Below, piece by piece: positions 1 to 8,428 of a stretch of 64,000 nucleotides of DNA. The notes under the pieces are model-generated. The model saw only the letters and a program-made list of their open reading frames with translations. It did not search any database and had not been told where the DNA came from. A program made the position numbers and the translations under genes. Source of the DNA: Candidatus Campbellbacteria bacterium (GTDB lineage: Bacteria; Patescibacteriota; Minisyncoccia; Phycocordibacterales; EsbW-18); NCBI GenBank assembly GCA_024653945.1, contig JANLIT010000003.1:98936-162935 (forward strand), read 5' to 3'. Every line of letters starts with the position of its first letter. Position 1 is the stretch's first letter.

Positions 1-195
1 GTCTGTTTCATTTTCTCCGACGATAACATGCGGCGTTCCCGAAATGATACGCCAAAATTCACTACGTTTTATGTGACGCTGTAAGCTCAACTCTTCCCCC
101 CGACGAACAAACAACAATTTCACGGTGACTGGTTCACCTGTTGTAAATTCACGAAATGAGCCCCACGGACGTTGTGTGTCAAATGGTTTTTGCAT
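1..195 (-). CDS. Partial (C-terminus beyond window start) cupin-type mannose-6-phosphate isomerase-like protein
   Basis: Minus-strand translation MQKPFDTQRPWGSFREFTTGEPVTVKLLFVRRGEELSLQRHIKRSEFWRIISGTPHVIVGENETD..., which matches the cupin motif (LSLQ.H..R.E.W.V.SG) of type II PMI/ManC; ATG at 195-193; ORF runs off the window edge. Confidence 0.55.
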   Translation of the reverse strand, partial: MQKPFDTQRPWGSFREFTTGEPVTVKLLFVRRGEELSLQRHIKRSEFWRIISGTPHVIVGENETD

Positions 196-225
196 ACCAC
201 TAGTATACCCTGTTATTTTAGTATA

Positions 226-990
226 TTACACAAGGTCGGTAAACCAGCCCTTGAGAAGGGCCTTCGTGTCGTCAAGACCTGGAATTGCAACGGAGGCTGT
301 CCGGACACCGAGGGACGTGACCGAGGAATCATTACCGCCAGGAAAAAGAGCGTCGCCGACATATAAGACGTCTTGTAGGGATATGTGGAGGTGTGCTGCT
401 AAACGAGAAAGTCCCATTGCTTTTGTGATTCCTTTACGAGTGACGTCAATTGACGTCGCACCCCCCATACTGATTGAAAAACCCGAGAGAAGTGGAGTTA
501 TAACTGCAACCATTGCTTTTCGTTTTGAAAAATCAGGGTCCCACTTCATTTTGAGTTCAAGGGGGCCGTTGCTTCCAAGGGCTGAAAAAGTTATCTGTGA
601 CCCTCGATCTTCAATAATTGGTCCTCGTGCGTCTGGGTTTTCTTTTTCAAAATGAGTAGCAACAAATGCTTGCTCAAATGCATCGAGAATAGATTTTTTT
701 TCTTCGAGCGTTAGAAGCTCTTCATACACAGCGTGCCATCCGTCTGAGTATGTATAGAGCGCTGCACCATTCGTTGGAATAATAGAAACATTTTGTAACT
801 CTTCTGGTGTACATCCTATTTTATTCACTACTTGTTCAAGACATTGTGACAACGGAGCTCCAGATACAATCGCGATACGTTTTTCTTTCACAAGGCGCAG
901 TAAAAGCCCCGCCATTTCTGTATCAATGGTTGTTTTTGATTCTGTAAGTGTTTGGTCAATATCAAACGCGATGAGTTGTGCTGGGGGCAT
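226..990 (-). CDS. HAD-superfamily hydrolase (Cof/IIB-like)
   Basis: N-terminal FDIDQTLT (DxDxT motif I); 254-aa ORF; adjacent to PMI-like gene. Confidence 0.7.
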   Translation of the reverse strand: MPPAQLIAFDIDQTLTESKTTIDTEMAGLLLRLVKEKRIAIVSGAPLSQCLEQVVNKIGCTPEELQNVSIIPTNGAALYTYSDGWHAVYEELLTLEEKKSILDAFEQAFVATHFEKENPDARGPIIEDRGSQITFSALGSNGPLELKMKWDPDFSKRKAMVAVITPLLSGFSISMGGATSIDVTRKGITKAMGLSRLAAHLHISLQDVLYVGDALFPGGNDSSVTSLGVRTASVAIPGLDDTKALLKGWFTDLV

Positions 991-996
991 GGGTGT

Positions 997-1605
997 TTAT
1001 TCTTTTGGAAAACCAAAATATACCTTAATAGTTTTTTTACCGCTGATGGCCAATGCAATAGATCGCATACATCCATCATCAATATCTCCCTTCAGTCGTC
1101 TTTGTAATCCTTTCCGCCCTTTTGTACCTGTTCCATGTTTAAAAACAATTGGTAGTAAGTATTTTTCTTTTTGTAGAAGATGCGTATTTGTCTTTATCAT
1201 ATTTGGAATACTGTATCGCGACCTCTTTTTCAGAAGTTTTGGGTTATGATTCAGTGCGTACTTTACTTTTCGCGCAGTTTCGGCAAGAGAACCACTTGCC
1301 CACGATAATGGTAAGCCTCCAGCTTTTTTCCATACGCCCATTTCACTTGTTTTCATTTCAGCTAGACACCACGTGCTTGTGTCGTATGCGACAAGTCTTT
1401 TTTTATACTCATTTTTTATAATTCTATCAAGTTGAGCTTTTTTTAGTTTTAACGCTTTCTTTTTGGCATTTTTTAATTTCTCTAGAAAAATACTTTGTGG
1501 AACATGCGTAAGGTGTTTCCTCCTGTCCTTTTTTGCACTAATAAAATCGGAAACAACAAATGCCCGCTTAACCTCAATACCTTTAACGACTTTTTTTATT
1601 TTCAT
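997..1605 (-). CDS. Hypothetical basic protein
   Basis: 202-aa ORF, Lys-rich, no family recognised by eye. Confidence 0.4.
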   Translation of the reverse strand: MKIKKVVKGIEVKRAFVVSDFISAKKDRRKHLTHVPQSIFLEKLKNAKKKALKLKKAQLDRIIKNEYKKRLVAYDTSTWCLAEMKTSEMGVWKKAGGLPLSWASGSLAETARKVKYALNHNPKLLKKRSRYSIPNMIKTNTHLLQKEKYLLPIVFKHGTGTKGRKGLQRRLKGDIDDGCMRSIALAISGKKTIKVYFGFPKE

Positions 1606-1693
1606 ACACTAATTGTATCAAACAACTAAAATCCTACATACTTTTGACTTCGATGTACAAACATCTTGAAATATGTGTCATAATGGTATGACA

Positions 1694-2602
1694 ATGAAAG
1701 TATCAAACAAAGTATGGTTTAGTGCATTGCTCCTTTGTGTTTCTGTGATTGGAAGTAGTGCACATGGAGAAACTCTCTCGCCCGTCCTACCCACAGTAGG
1801 TGTTACCTTTGCACGTGACTTAACTGTCGGAGCATCTGGAACTGACGTATCTGCTCTACAACAATTTTTAATTACTGGAGGTTTTCTAAAAATTTCTACC
1901 CCGACCGATTACTTTGGTCCTCTGACAAGGACCGCCCTTAGTGCGTGGCAAGCATCATTAAACATTTATCCTTCAGTTGGTTATTTTGGTCCCCTCTCAC
2001 GAGAGAGTATGAATATAGCTCTACTACAAAATCTTATTGACAAACTGCGCTCACAAATCGCTCTTGGAACAACGACTAGAACAACGACTGCCCCAACACA
2101 AACACTAAACACACCAGCCAAAACAGCAACCACGAACAGAGAAAGTGGATTGCCGGTACGTCTCACCATTCCAAAACTCAATGTTGATGCTGGTTTTCAA
2201 TACAATGGTCTTACCCCCGATGGAGCAATGGAAATACCAAACAATGTTGTTGATATTGGGTGGTTTACGGGAAGTGTACGTCCTGGGGAAAGTGGTGTTG
2301 CTGTTGTTACTGGACATGTCGCCCAAATACGCGGAGGTGTGATGACAAAACCGGGTGTGTTTTATACGCTGAATGAGTTGCGTGTGGGAGACACGCTGTC
2401 TGTTCTAAACGACAAAGGAAAAACCACCACATTTGTTGTTCGCAAAATCCGCAATTATGATCCATCAGCGGACGCTACCGATGTTTTTACCGCGACCGAT
2501 AACGACGCTCACCTTAACCTCATTACCTGTGACGGCACATGGATTGCGGGCCAATTAAGTTTTAGCCAAAGGTTGGTGGTGTTCACTGATGCTGTGGAGT
2601 AG
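1694..2602 (+). CDS. Secreted sortase-family transpeptidase with two N-terminal peptidoglycan-binding repeats
   Basis: Signal peptide; two YFGPLTR..AL..WQ peptidoglycan-binding (PG_binding_1) repeats; Thr-rich linker; C-terminal HLNLITCDGTW (TLxTC sortase active-site cysteine). Confidence 0.75.
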   Translation: MKVSNKVWFSALLLCVSVIGSSAHGETLSPVLPTVGVTFARDLTVGASGTDVSALQQFLITGGFLKISTPTDYFGPLTRTALSAWQASLNIYPSVGYFGPLSRESMNIALLQNLIDKLRSQIALGTTTRTTTAPTQTLNTPAKTATTNRESGLPVRLTIPKLNVDAGFQYNGLTPDGAMEIPNNVVDIGWFTGSVRPGESGVAVVTGHVAQIRGGVMTKPGVFYTLNELRVGDTLSVLNDKGKTTTFVVRKIRNYDPSADATDVFTATDNDAHLNLITCDGTWIAGQLSFSQRLVVFTDAVE

Positions 2603-2604
2603 TA

Positions 2605-3096
2605 TCAACCGTGATGAGTTGAGTTGTGTGGATTAAACTCCATTTCGATGTGCGTTTCGGTTTCTCCGGTTTCTTTGAAACCCATACGACGATACAGATT
2701 CGCCGCCTTGTTTTTTTTCAAGACCTGAAGTCGGACGGGTTTATGTTTCGCCCTTACCTGTTCAAGAGATTCCTTCAGAATCTCACTCCCTATGCCTTGC
2801 CCCTGAAACTCTGGGAGTAGTACTAGCTCATGAAGTTGAATTGCATCATCGGTTTCGTGCATCGAAAAATATCCACAGGGCTCGCCGTTGCAATAAATGA
2901 GCTCATGAGGAGAACTTTCCCACGCTGACCGAAAGAATTTGTCCTGCTTTTGTTCATCCCAGCTGCCAAACTGCTTTTCTACAACATCGCGATAAGAGGC
3001 ATGGTGGACTTGACGGGCAAATTCATAATCTTGTTCTTCGGCAGGACGTCGTTTTAGCTGTTTTTGTTGTATCTCTTCTGGTGTAGAAAATTGCAT
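2605..3096 (-). CDS. GNAT family N-acetyltransferase
   Basis: QLHELVLLPEFQGQGIGSEIL acetyl-CoA binding motif; start moved to the internal Met so the CDS does not overlap tRNA-Gln. Confidence 0.75.
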   Translation of the reverse strand: MQFSTPEEIQQKQLKRRPAEEQDYEFARQVHHASYRDVVEKQFGSWDEQKQDKFFRSAWESSPHELIYCNGEPCGYFSMHETDDAIQLHELVLLPEFQGQGIGSEILKESLEQVRAKHKPVRLQVLKKNKAANLYRRMGFKETGETETHIEMEFNPHNSTHHG

Positions 3097-3126
3097 AAAA
3101 TTGGGGTCAGGCACCTTTAATATTTG

Positions 3127-3197
3127 TTCCGGGATAGGGACTCGAACCCCAATACTCAGGACCAAAACCTGATGTCCTACCATTAGACGATCCCGGA
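3127..3197 (-). tRNA. tRNA-Gln (anticodon UUG)
   Basis: Cloverleaf read by eye on the minus strand: acceptor UCCGGGA/UCCCGGA, anticodon stem UCAGG/CCUGA with loop UUUUGGU, T-arm GGGGUUCGAGUCCC. Confidence 0.85.
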
Positions 3198-3203
3198 GTT
3201 TTA

Positions 3204-3310
3204 TTCAGTTGTATCCTACTACGACTCGGCCAAAGGCCTCGCTTGCACTGCGATTTCAACAATCTCTCCGAGATTAAGAAATCGGGAGCATTAGCCCGAC
3301 CCAGCAATTG
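3204..3310 (-). other. Conserved structured leader immediately upstream of tRNA-Gln (copy A); homolog at 55371-55477
   Basis: 45-nt block AGTTGTATCCTACTACGACTCGGCCAAAGGCCTCGCTTGCACTGC is identical to the copy at 55371-55417 except for one mismatch; this copy carries hairpin GATTTC..AATCTC GGA GAGATT..GAAATC where the other copy carries a different perfect hairpin; conserved GGGAGC..GACCCAGCAA block follows. Confidence 0.45.
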
Positions 3311-3336
3311 AAGACACTATATCTTTTAAAACCTCT

Positions 3337-4386
3337 TTAGCCAAGTCTCTGTGCGTATGCACAACAACTTCGCTTCACCAATGATGGTCCTTCAAAAATA
3401 AGTCCTGTAATCATCTGGACCAAATCTGCACCAGCATCAAACTTTTCTAATGCCAACTCGGGAGACAAAACTCCTCCGCATCCAATGATGGTGAATCGAT
3501 TACCAAATCGCTCACGTGTTTTTTGAATCAGCTCTGTTGAGAGTTGTTGACACGGCTTCCCACTTAAACCGCCCACATATTTTTCTGGTGCCTCGTCCCT
3601 ATGTGTCAACGAAGTATAGTCTTTATTGACGTTTCCTATAACAACACCCGAAAGTCCAAATTCGTCAATAATAGTAAGGAGCTTTTCAAAAAGATGCCAC
3701 GGAATATTGATGGGCATTTTTATATACATTGGCTTTGAGTGTTGAATTGTTTTCAATTCCGACAGAAGTGCTCCAAGAAGTTCTGATGTGGTGAATGTTT
3801 CTCCACCAGATGCATTCGGACATGAAATATTAATTGTGTAATAATCACCAACGCCTGCGTGAACAAGTTGTTGTAAAGAATACACATAGTCAGCAATGCC
3901 GTCTTCAATACTTGCGGCCTGCTTGTCATTTGTTCGAGCAATACTTATACCAATCACGTACTCTTTTTCGCGTGGACAAGATTGTAGTCGTCTGATAATT
4001 GCATCAACACCATCATTGCGAAGTCCTTTGTTTACCAAAATACTTTGTGAACGAATAAGTCGTGTGAGTCTAGGTTTTGGATTTCCCTCGCATACTCGGG
4101 CAGTAACCGAACCCACCTCTTCCCCACCAAGTCCAATTGAGGGAAGAATGCGCGTGAGACGACCGTTGTAATCAAGGCCCGCAGATAAGAGGAATGGGGT
4201 TCTATATACGATGCCATCTACCGTCTTTGAGATATCCGGGCCCCTGTAGCCGTATATACCACGCACCAAGGCCCGAGATACGTCAAAACGACCAAACCAC
4301 TCACCGAAAGCAACCATGACATCGTGGGCCCTTTCAGGGTCAAGTTGAAAAAGTATTGGTTTTAAAAGTAATTTATAGAACGACAT
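3337..4386 (-). CDS. pyrD: Dihydroorotate dehydrogenase (quinone-type)
   Basis: N-terminus LLKPILFQLDPERAHD and overall DHODH class 2 architecture. Confidence 0.8.
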   Translation of the reverse strand: MSFYKLLLKPILFQLDPERAHDVMVAFGEWFGRFDVSRALVRGIYGYRGPDISKTVDGIVYRTPFLLSAGLDYNGRLTRILPSIGLGGEEVGSVTARVCEGNPKPRLTRLIRSQSILVNKGLRNDGVDAIIRRLQSCPREKEYVIGISIARTNDKQAASIEDGIADYVYSLQQLVHAGVGDYYTINISCPNASGGETFTTSELLGALLSELKTIQHSKPMYIKMPINIPWHLFEKLLTIIDEFGLSGVVIGNVNKDYTSLTHRDEAPEKYVGGLSGKPCQQLSTELIQKTRERFGNRFTIIGCGGVLSPELALEKFDAGADLVQMITGLIFEGPSLVKRSCCAYAQRLG

Positions 4387-4398
4387 ACACCAGCTAAA

Positions 4399-5442
4399 TT
4401 ATTTTTTTGTGGAATCAATAATCGCAAGTTCAAGTGGTAGGTGTGGAAGATACGCGCGGGAGATAGCCGTGTGTACATCAAGAAATCGCAAGAGTGTTGC
4501 TGATGTAATATGCGGAGGTTGTGCATTAGCACATTCTTCCAAAAGAGTGATGTCTTCCGCCAAAAATTCTTCACCAAACTGTTTTTTCATATCTGGGGCA
4601 TACCGCAACAATAAAACTGCACGTAATTTCTCTAGTAGAAGTTTGCTCAATACATTCATATCCACACCTTCATGTGATGCTTTCTGTAATGCATCAAGTC
4701 CTTTTTTGGGATCGCCCGTGTGAAGTGACAACACAATATCATTTACATACTCACCACGAGGAGCTGATGTAATGAGCGATACCTCTTTAACGCTCACTTT
4801 TTTGTCTTTGGAGGCGTACAAAATTTTCTGCAGAATGCCATTCGCGTCACGAAACGATCCTTCAGCAAGAAGTGCAATCAAATCCCCTGCTGCATGTTCA
4901 AGAGTAAAGCCTTCTTTTTTTGCAATGGTAGCAACATGATCTTTCAATATCTGACGCGTTGGTTGTTTGAAGGTGTGTACCTCACATCGAGAAACAATCG
5001 TATCAAGAATTTTATGGAGTTCCGTTGTTGCAAGAATAAAAATAACGTGTGCAGGTGGTTCCTCAAGAGTTTTAAGTAAGGCATTTGATGCTTCCTTCGT
5101 AAGCATGTGTGCTTCATCAATGATGTATACCTTGTAGGGAGAGTTGAATGGGAGTGTGGCAACCGCATCTCGAAGAGCTCGTGCATCATCAACACCGCGA
5201 TTACTTGCTGCATCAATTTCATAAAGATCTGTGTCCTGTGTCCCCACCGCACGAGCAAAAATACGCGCAACGGATGTTTTACCTGTTCCCCGTCCACCTG
5301 TAAAAAGATAGGCGTGTCCAATGTGTTTTTGTTCAAGGGCACCCTGAAGTGCCTTAACCACATGGTCTTGCCCGCGAACCTCCTCAAACTCTTGTGGGCG
5401 ATATTTTCTATACAGGGCTACATTGTTCATATATAGAGACAT
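4399..5442 (-). CDS. dnaX: DNA polymerase III subunit gamma/tau (short form)
   Basis: ALYRKYRPQEFEEVRGQ; Walker A GGRGTGKTS; IIDEAHML; SRC box. Confidence 0.85.
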   Translation of the reverse strand: MSLYMNNVALYRKYRPQEFEEVRGQDHVVKALQGALEQKHIGHAYLFTGGRGTGKTSVARIFARAVGTQDTDLYEIDAASNRGVDDARALRDAVATLPFNSPYKVYIIDEAHMLTKEASNALLKTLEEPPAHVIFILATTELHKILDTIVSRCEVHTFKQPTRQILKDHVATIAKKEGFTLEHAAGDLIALLAEGSFRDANGILQKILYASKDKKVSVKEVSLITSAPRGEYVNDIVLSLHTGDPKKGLDALQKASHEGVDMNVLSKLLLEKLRAVLLLRYAPDMKKQFGEEFLAEDITLLEECANAQPPHITSATLLRFLDVHTAISRAYLPHLPLELAIIDSTKK

Positions 5443-5521
5443 TATACCAGTGTTTTAAAACCGCACACCCCCGTACTTTTGTCGTCTATTTTAAGTACTA
5501 TATAAAAATCTTTTGTTCGAT

Positions 5522-5543
5522 AATTCTATAGATTTATAGAATT
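5522..5543. promoter_or_regulatory. Palindromic candidate operator upstream of the ArsR-family gene
   Basis: AATTCTATA-GATT-TATAGAATT perfect 9-bp inverted repeat ~50 bp upstream of the 5592 start; a related palindrome TTCTATAATT-CAATAG-AATTATAGAA lies at 5853-5878 overlapping the stop codon. Confidence 0.4.
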
Positions 5544-5591
5544 TTAGAATTTCTTTAACTCTGGCATAGTTAAATAGGCATCATCAAAAAT

Positions 5592-5876
5592 ATGATTGAG
5601 TACGAACAAAAAATAAAATATCTGGAGCTATTAACTCGTGGTCTTGCTCACCATCACCGCATTCGTACTCTTTTGCGATTAGATAGCATAACTGACCAGA
5701 CACTTGAAGAAATTGCTGAGTATCTCAATACTGACTACAAAAATGCCAGCCAACATGTGCAAAAAATGCATCGTGCAGGGCTTGTCTCAAAAAAATATCA
5801 AGGACACACTATTATCCACTCCCTTACAAACAAGGGAAGGGAGTTTCTTTTGTTCTATAATTCAATAGAATTATAG
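5592..5876 (+). CDS. ArsR/SmtB-family winged-helix transcriptional regulator
   Basis: 94-aa helix-turn-helix protein (LEEIAEYLNTDYKNASQHVQKMHRAGLV). Confidence 0.55.
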   Translation: MIEYEQKIKYLELLTRGLAHHHRIRTLLRLDSITDQTLEEIAEYLNTDYKNASQHVQKMHRAGLVSKKYQGHTIIHSLTNKGREFLLFYNSIEL

Positions 5877-5897
5877 AACTTGTGTGGGAGGGTGGGC

Positions 5898-6854
5898 TTA
5901 TTTTAAAAACTTTTGTATTACATCAAGTGCCTCACCGGCAGTTCGAGCATCCATGAGTTTGAGAAGAATTTTTTTGTCATATCCGTCACCCTGAAGATAT
6001 GATTTGAAGTGTTTCTTCATCAACGCAAAGGATTTCCTCTTGCCACATAATTCATCAAAAAGTTTTGTATGCTCGGCAAGAACAGTGAGACGCTCAGACA
6101 ACCCTGGCCGAGGTGAGTCAGACCCAAGCCATGGATTTCCAAAAATAGCACGACCAAACATCACTCCGTCAGGGCCGTACGTAATTACTTTTTCTCGCGC
6201 ATCGTTCATATCAACCACATCTCCATTCCCAATAATAAGCGTCTCGTGTTTGCTTTCCTTTTCAAACTCATCTCGAATTGCAACTGCTTGTGCAATAGTG
6301 TCCCACCGTGCTGGTACTTTTGACATTTCCTTTTTTGTGCGGGCATGAATGGTAATTGCATCAATGTGTGTTTCAAGAAGTGTCGGCAACCATGTCTCCA
6401 ATTCATTGGTTGTGTATCCTATGCGTGTTTTTACCGACACAGGAATATCTTTTGCCCCTTGTTTGAGAGCAAGAATAAGTTCTTGGGCAAGTTGTGATTC
6501 CTTCATAAGTGCGGCACCTGCGCCTTGCTTACACACACCATCATCAGGACACCCCATGTTGATATCAACACCATCAAACCCGAGCTCGCGTGCAAGCGCT
6601 CCAGCCTTTTCCATATACTCAGGCGTTGAAGTGAAAAATTGTGCAACGATTGGTCGCTCACCTTCTGAGTACTCAAGATCATGTACCAGCGCATCATATC
6701 CTCCACGGAATAACCCGTCTGCAGAAACAAACTCGGTCCACAAGACATCAAGTTTTCCATACTTCCCAATAATCCGCCGGAACGCGGGGTCAGTTACATC
6801 CGCCATTGGGGCAAGACAAAAGAATGGTTGTGGGAGTTTTTTCCAAAAAGACAT
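5898..6854 (-). CDS. tRNA-dihydrouridine synthase (Dus family)
   Basis: FFCLAPMADVTDPAFRRI; TIM-barrel flavin motifs; start set at internal Met (MSFWKK...); the upstream ORF extension lacks homology. Confidence 0.8.
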   Translation of the reverse strand: MSFWKKLPQPFFCLAPMADVTDPAFRRIIGKYGKLDVLWTEFVSADGLFRGGYDALVHDLEYSEGERPIVAQFFTSTPEYMEKAGALARELGFDGVDINMGCPDDGVCKQGAGAALMKESQLAQELILALKQGAKDIPVSVKTRIGYTTNELETWLPTLLETHIDAITIHARTKKEMSKVPARWDTIAQAVAIRDEFEKESKHETLIIGNGDVVDMNDAREKVITYGPDGVMFGRAIFGNPWLGSDSPRPGLSERLTVLAEHTKLFDELCGKRKSFALMKKHFKSYLQGDGYDKKILLKLMDARTAGEALDVIQKFLK

Positions 6855-6931
6855 ATACAAGAAACCTATCACTTGCGAGCATGTCTCACAAGGAGTAGTA
6901 TTTCCAGCAGATTTATGGAGAGGAGATTCCG

Positions 6932-7141
6932 ATGGATTTATCCGAACTACCCTCTTGGGCAGTTGAGGCCGGTGACAAGCACTGGGCGAAGTATCACTCG
7001 GGCGATGGGCTTGCTCTTGCAATATTCAGAGCAATACCAAAAAGTGAGGCGTCAGGCCTTGATCCGAACATCTGTCAGTCTTACGCGGCCATCTACGCGC
7101 GGATGAAGCCGAAGGGTTGGGCTGAGCAAGAGCTCAAGTAA
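6932..7141 (+). CDS. Small hypothetical protein (69 aa), GC-rich gene with its own RBS and terminator
   Basis: GGAGAGGAGA 5 nt upstream of ATG; GC clearly above neighbours; intrinsic terminator directly downstream. Confidence 0.5.
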   Translation: MDLSELPSWAVEAGDKHWAKYHSGDGLALAIFRAIPKSEASGLDPNICQSYAAIYARMKPKGWAEQELK

Positions 7142-7152
7142 TGAGAGCTCTG

Positions 7153-7183
7153 CCGCCGGCACATACGTGTGCCGGTTTTTGTT
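7153..7183 (+). terminator. Rho-independent terminator
   Basis: CCGGCACA-TACG-TGTGCCGG stem followed by TTTTTGTTT. Confidence 0.7.
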
Positions 7184-7319
7184 TCCCAACCATGGCATTG
7201 CCTACAGATGCCTCAAATGGTACAGTTTTCAATTGCCGTTCTTTTTTGTTTCAAAGACGCTCGTTTGTGTACTACACACCCCAATAACGAGGTGTGAGAA
7301 CACGGGAGACAGTTGATAA

Positions 7320-7478
7320 TGGGTTTCAAAAAATCGGGGAGAGAGAGACGAAAGGAAATTGACGAGGCACGCACCAAGAAGGAGAAGAAGGCCGCAGCGA
7401 AGGCCAAGGCCGCAGAGGCGCTTCGGATAACCCTAGCCAGGTGCCGTCTCCATCAAGGAGTTCTCGGAACACGCTAAC
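7320..7478 (+). CDS. Small Lys/Ala-rich basic protein (52 aa; below the ORF-track cutoff)
   Basis: Manual translation MGFKKSGRERRKEIDEARTKKEKKAAAKAKAAEALRITLARCRLHQGVLGTR; GGGAGA 8 nt upstream of ATG; followed by a terminator hairpin; GC-rich. Confidence 0.35.
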
Positions 7479-7503
7479 CGACCCCACAACGCACACCAAA
7501 CCC

Positions 7504-7531
7504 AGAGGCCCTCGCAAGAGGGCCTTTCTCT
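7504..7531. terminator. Terminator hairpin, possibly bidirectional (also downstream of the ftsQ-like gene on the minus strand)
   Basis: GAGGCCCTC-GCAA-GAGGGCCTT followed by TCTCT. Confidence 0.55.
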
Positions 7532-7534
7532 ATG

Positions 7535-8425
7535 TTAGAGAGATTGCAACTCTGGAGTAACTTCTAACAGAGACGGAGCTTGTTCCTTGTGTTCTTTCTC
7601 TTTGTAAAAAACCTTGTTACCAAAACGAAGATCTATATATTCAACACCCATAATTCCACCTGCTTTTTTAAAATCATCTGATTCAATAATTGTTGTGAGA
7701 TTAGTGAGCACTTCGTCATATGAGTTACTTCTTTTTACCAACAATCGAAGGGTGTCTCGATGTGGCGTCGTAAGTGATACTTCAATATCGTTTCCTTCTA
7801 TACGAAGATGTGTAACACGCATAGATAGTTTTCCAAGAGCTGTAATGAGTGAGCGAAAGAGAGAAAATTCTTCAAGTGTAAGGGCATATGTTCCGAGTGG
7901 CACCGCCATCATGTTCAACTCGTAGGTAATATACGATGTGCCTGAAAAATGAGGGGCTGTGATAAACACAAACGCAGTGTCATCAATAAAATAACATTCT
8001 TCTGTTGTGGGTGTTGGTACATCACCCACTAATTGGCACACAACAGCAACTCCTTTCCGTTCTTCAAGGTGAATAGCGAGTTTGTGCCCATTCTCAACAC
8101 CAATAGACACCTTTTTTAGAATAGGAAACCTGGTAAGTATACTTTTTTGTATTTCTGCGCGTGGATACAAAAAAATATTTCGTTTTGAAAATATGTGTCC
8201 GTATGCGCCAGTCAAGGTATCACTCACCGCACCAAACACATCAGCACGTGCTACTGTTTTTGCTCCTTCAATGGATACATTGTTAATTTGGAGAAAGTTC
8301 GCGTATGACAGTTGCCAAAGAAATAAAAATAATGAAAACACCAGAAGTGTGTATATAACTGAAAACACAACAAAGCGTTTGCGCCGAAGCTTCCGAACAC
8401 GTTCTGATGTAAACCGCCGAAACAT
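7535..8425 (-). CDS. Cell division protein FtsQ/DivIB-like (POTRA domain)
   Basis: N-terminal transmembrane anchor; POTRA-like region (NVSIEGAKTVARADV); size and architecture. Confidence 0.55.
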   Translation of the reverse strand: MFRRFTSERVRKLRRKRFVVFSVIYTLLVFSLFLFLWQLSYANFLQINNVSIEGAKTVARADVFGAVSDTLTGAYGHIFSKRNIFLYPRAEIQKSILTRFPILKKVSIGVENGHKLAIHLEERKGVAVVCQLVGDVPTPTTEECYFIDDTAFVFITAPHFSGTSYITYELNMMAVPLGTYALTLEEFSLFRSLITALGKLSMRVTHLRIEGNDIEVSLTTPHRDTLRLLVKRSNSYDEVLTNLTTIIESDDFKKAGGIMGVEYIDLRFGNKVFYKEKEHKEQAPSLLEVTPELQSL

Positions 8426-8428
8426 ACA

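Noticed and set aside
125-655. 176-aa plus-strand ORF
   Set aside because: It lies entirely antisense to the well-supported HAD hydrolase gene (226-990) and the PMI-like gene end. It has no RBS or homology and is a typical shadow ORF.
3107-3307. 66-aa ORF (and the N-terminal 68 aa of ORF 54714-55487) translating to ...QCKRGLWPSRSR...
   Set aside because: These are read-throughs of tRNA-Gln and its conserved RNA leader. The shared peptide is a by-product of the conserved nucleotide element, and there is no start context, so I treat it as RNA.
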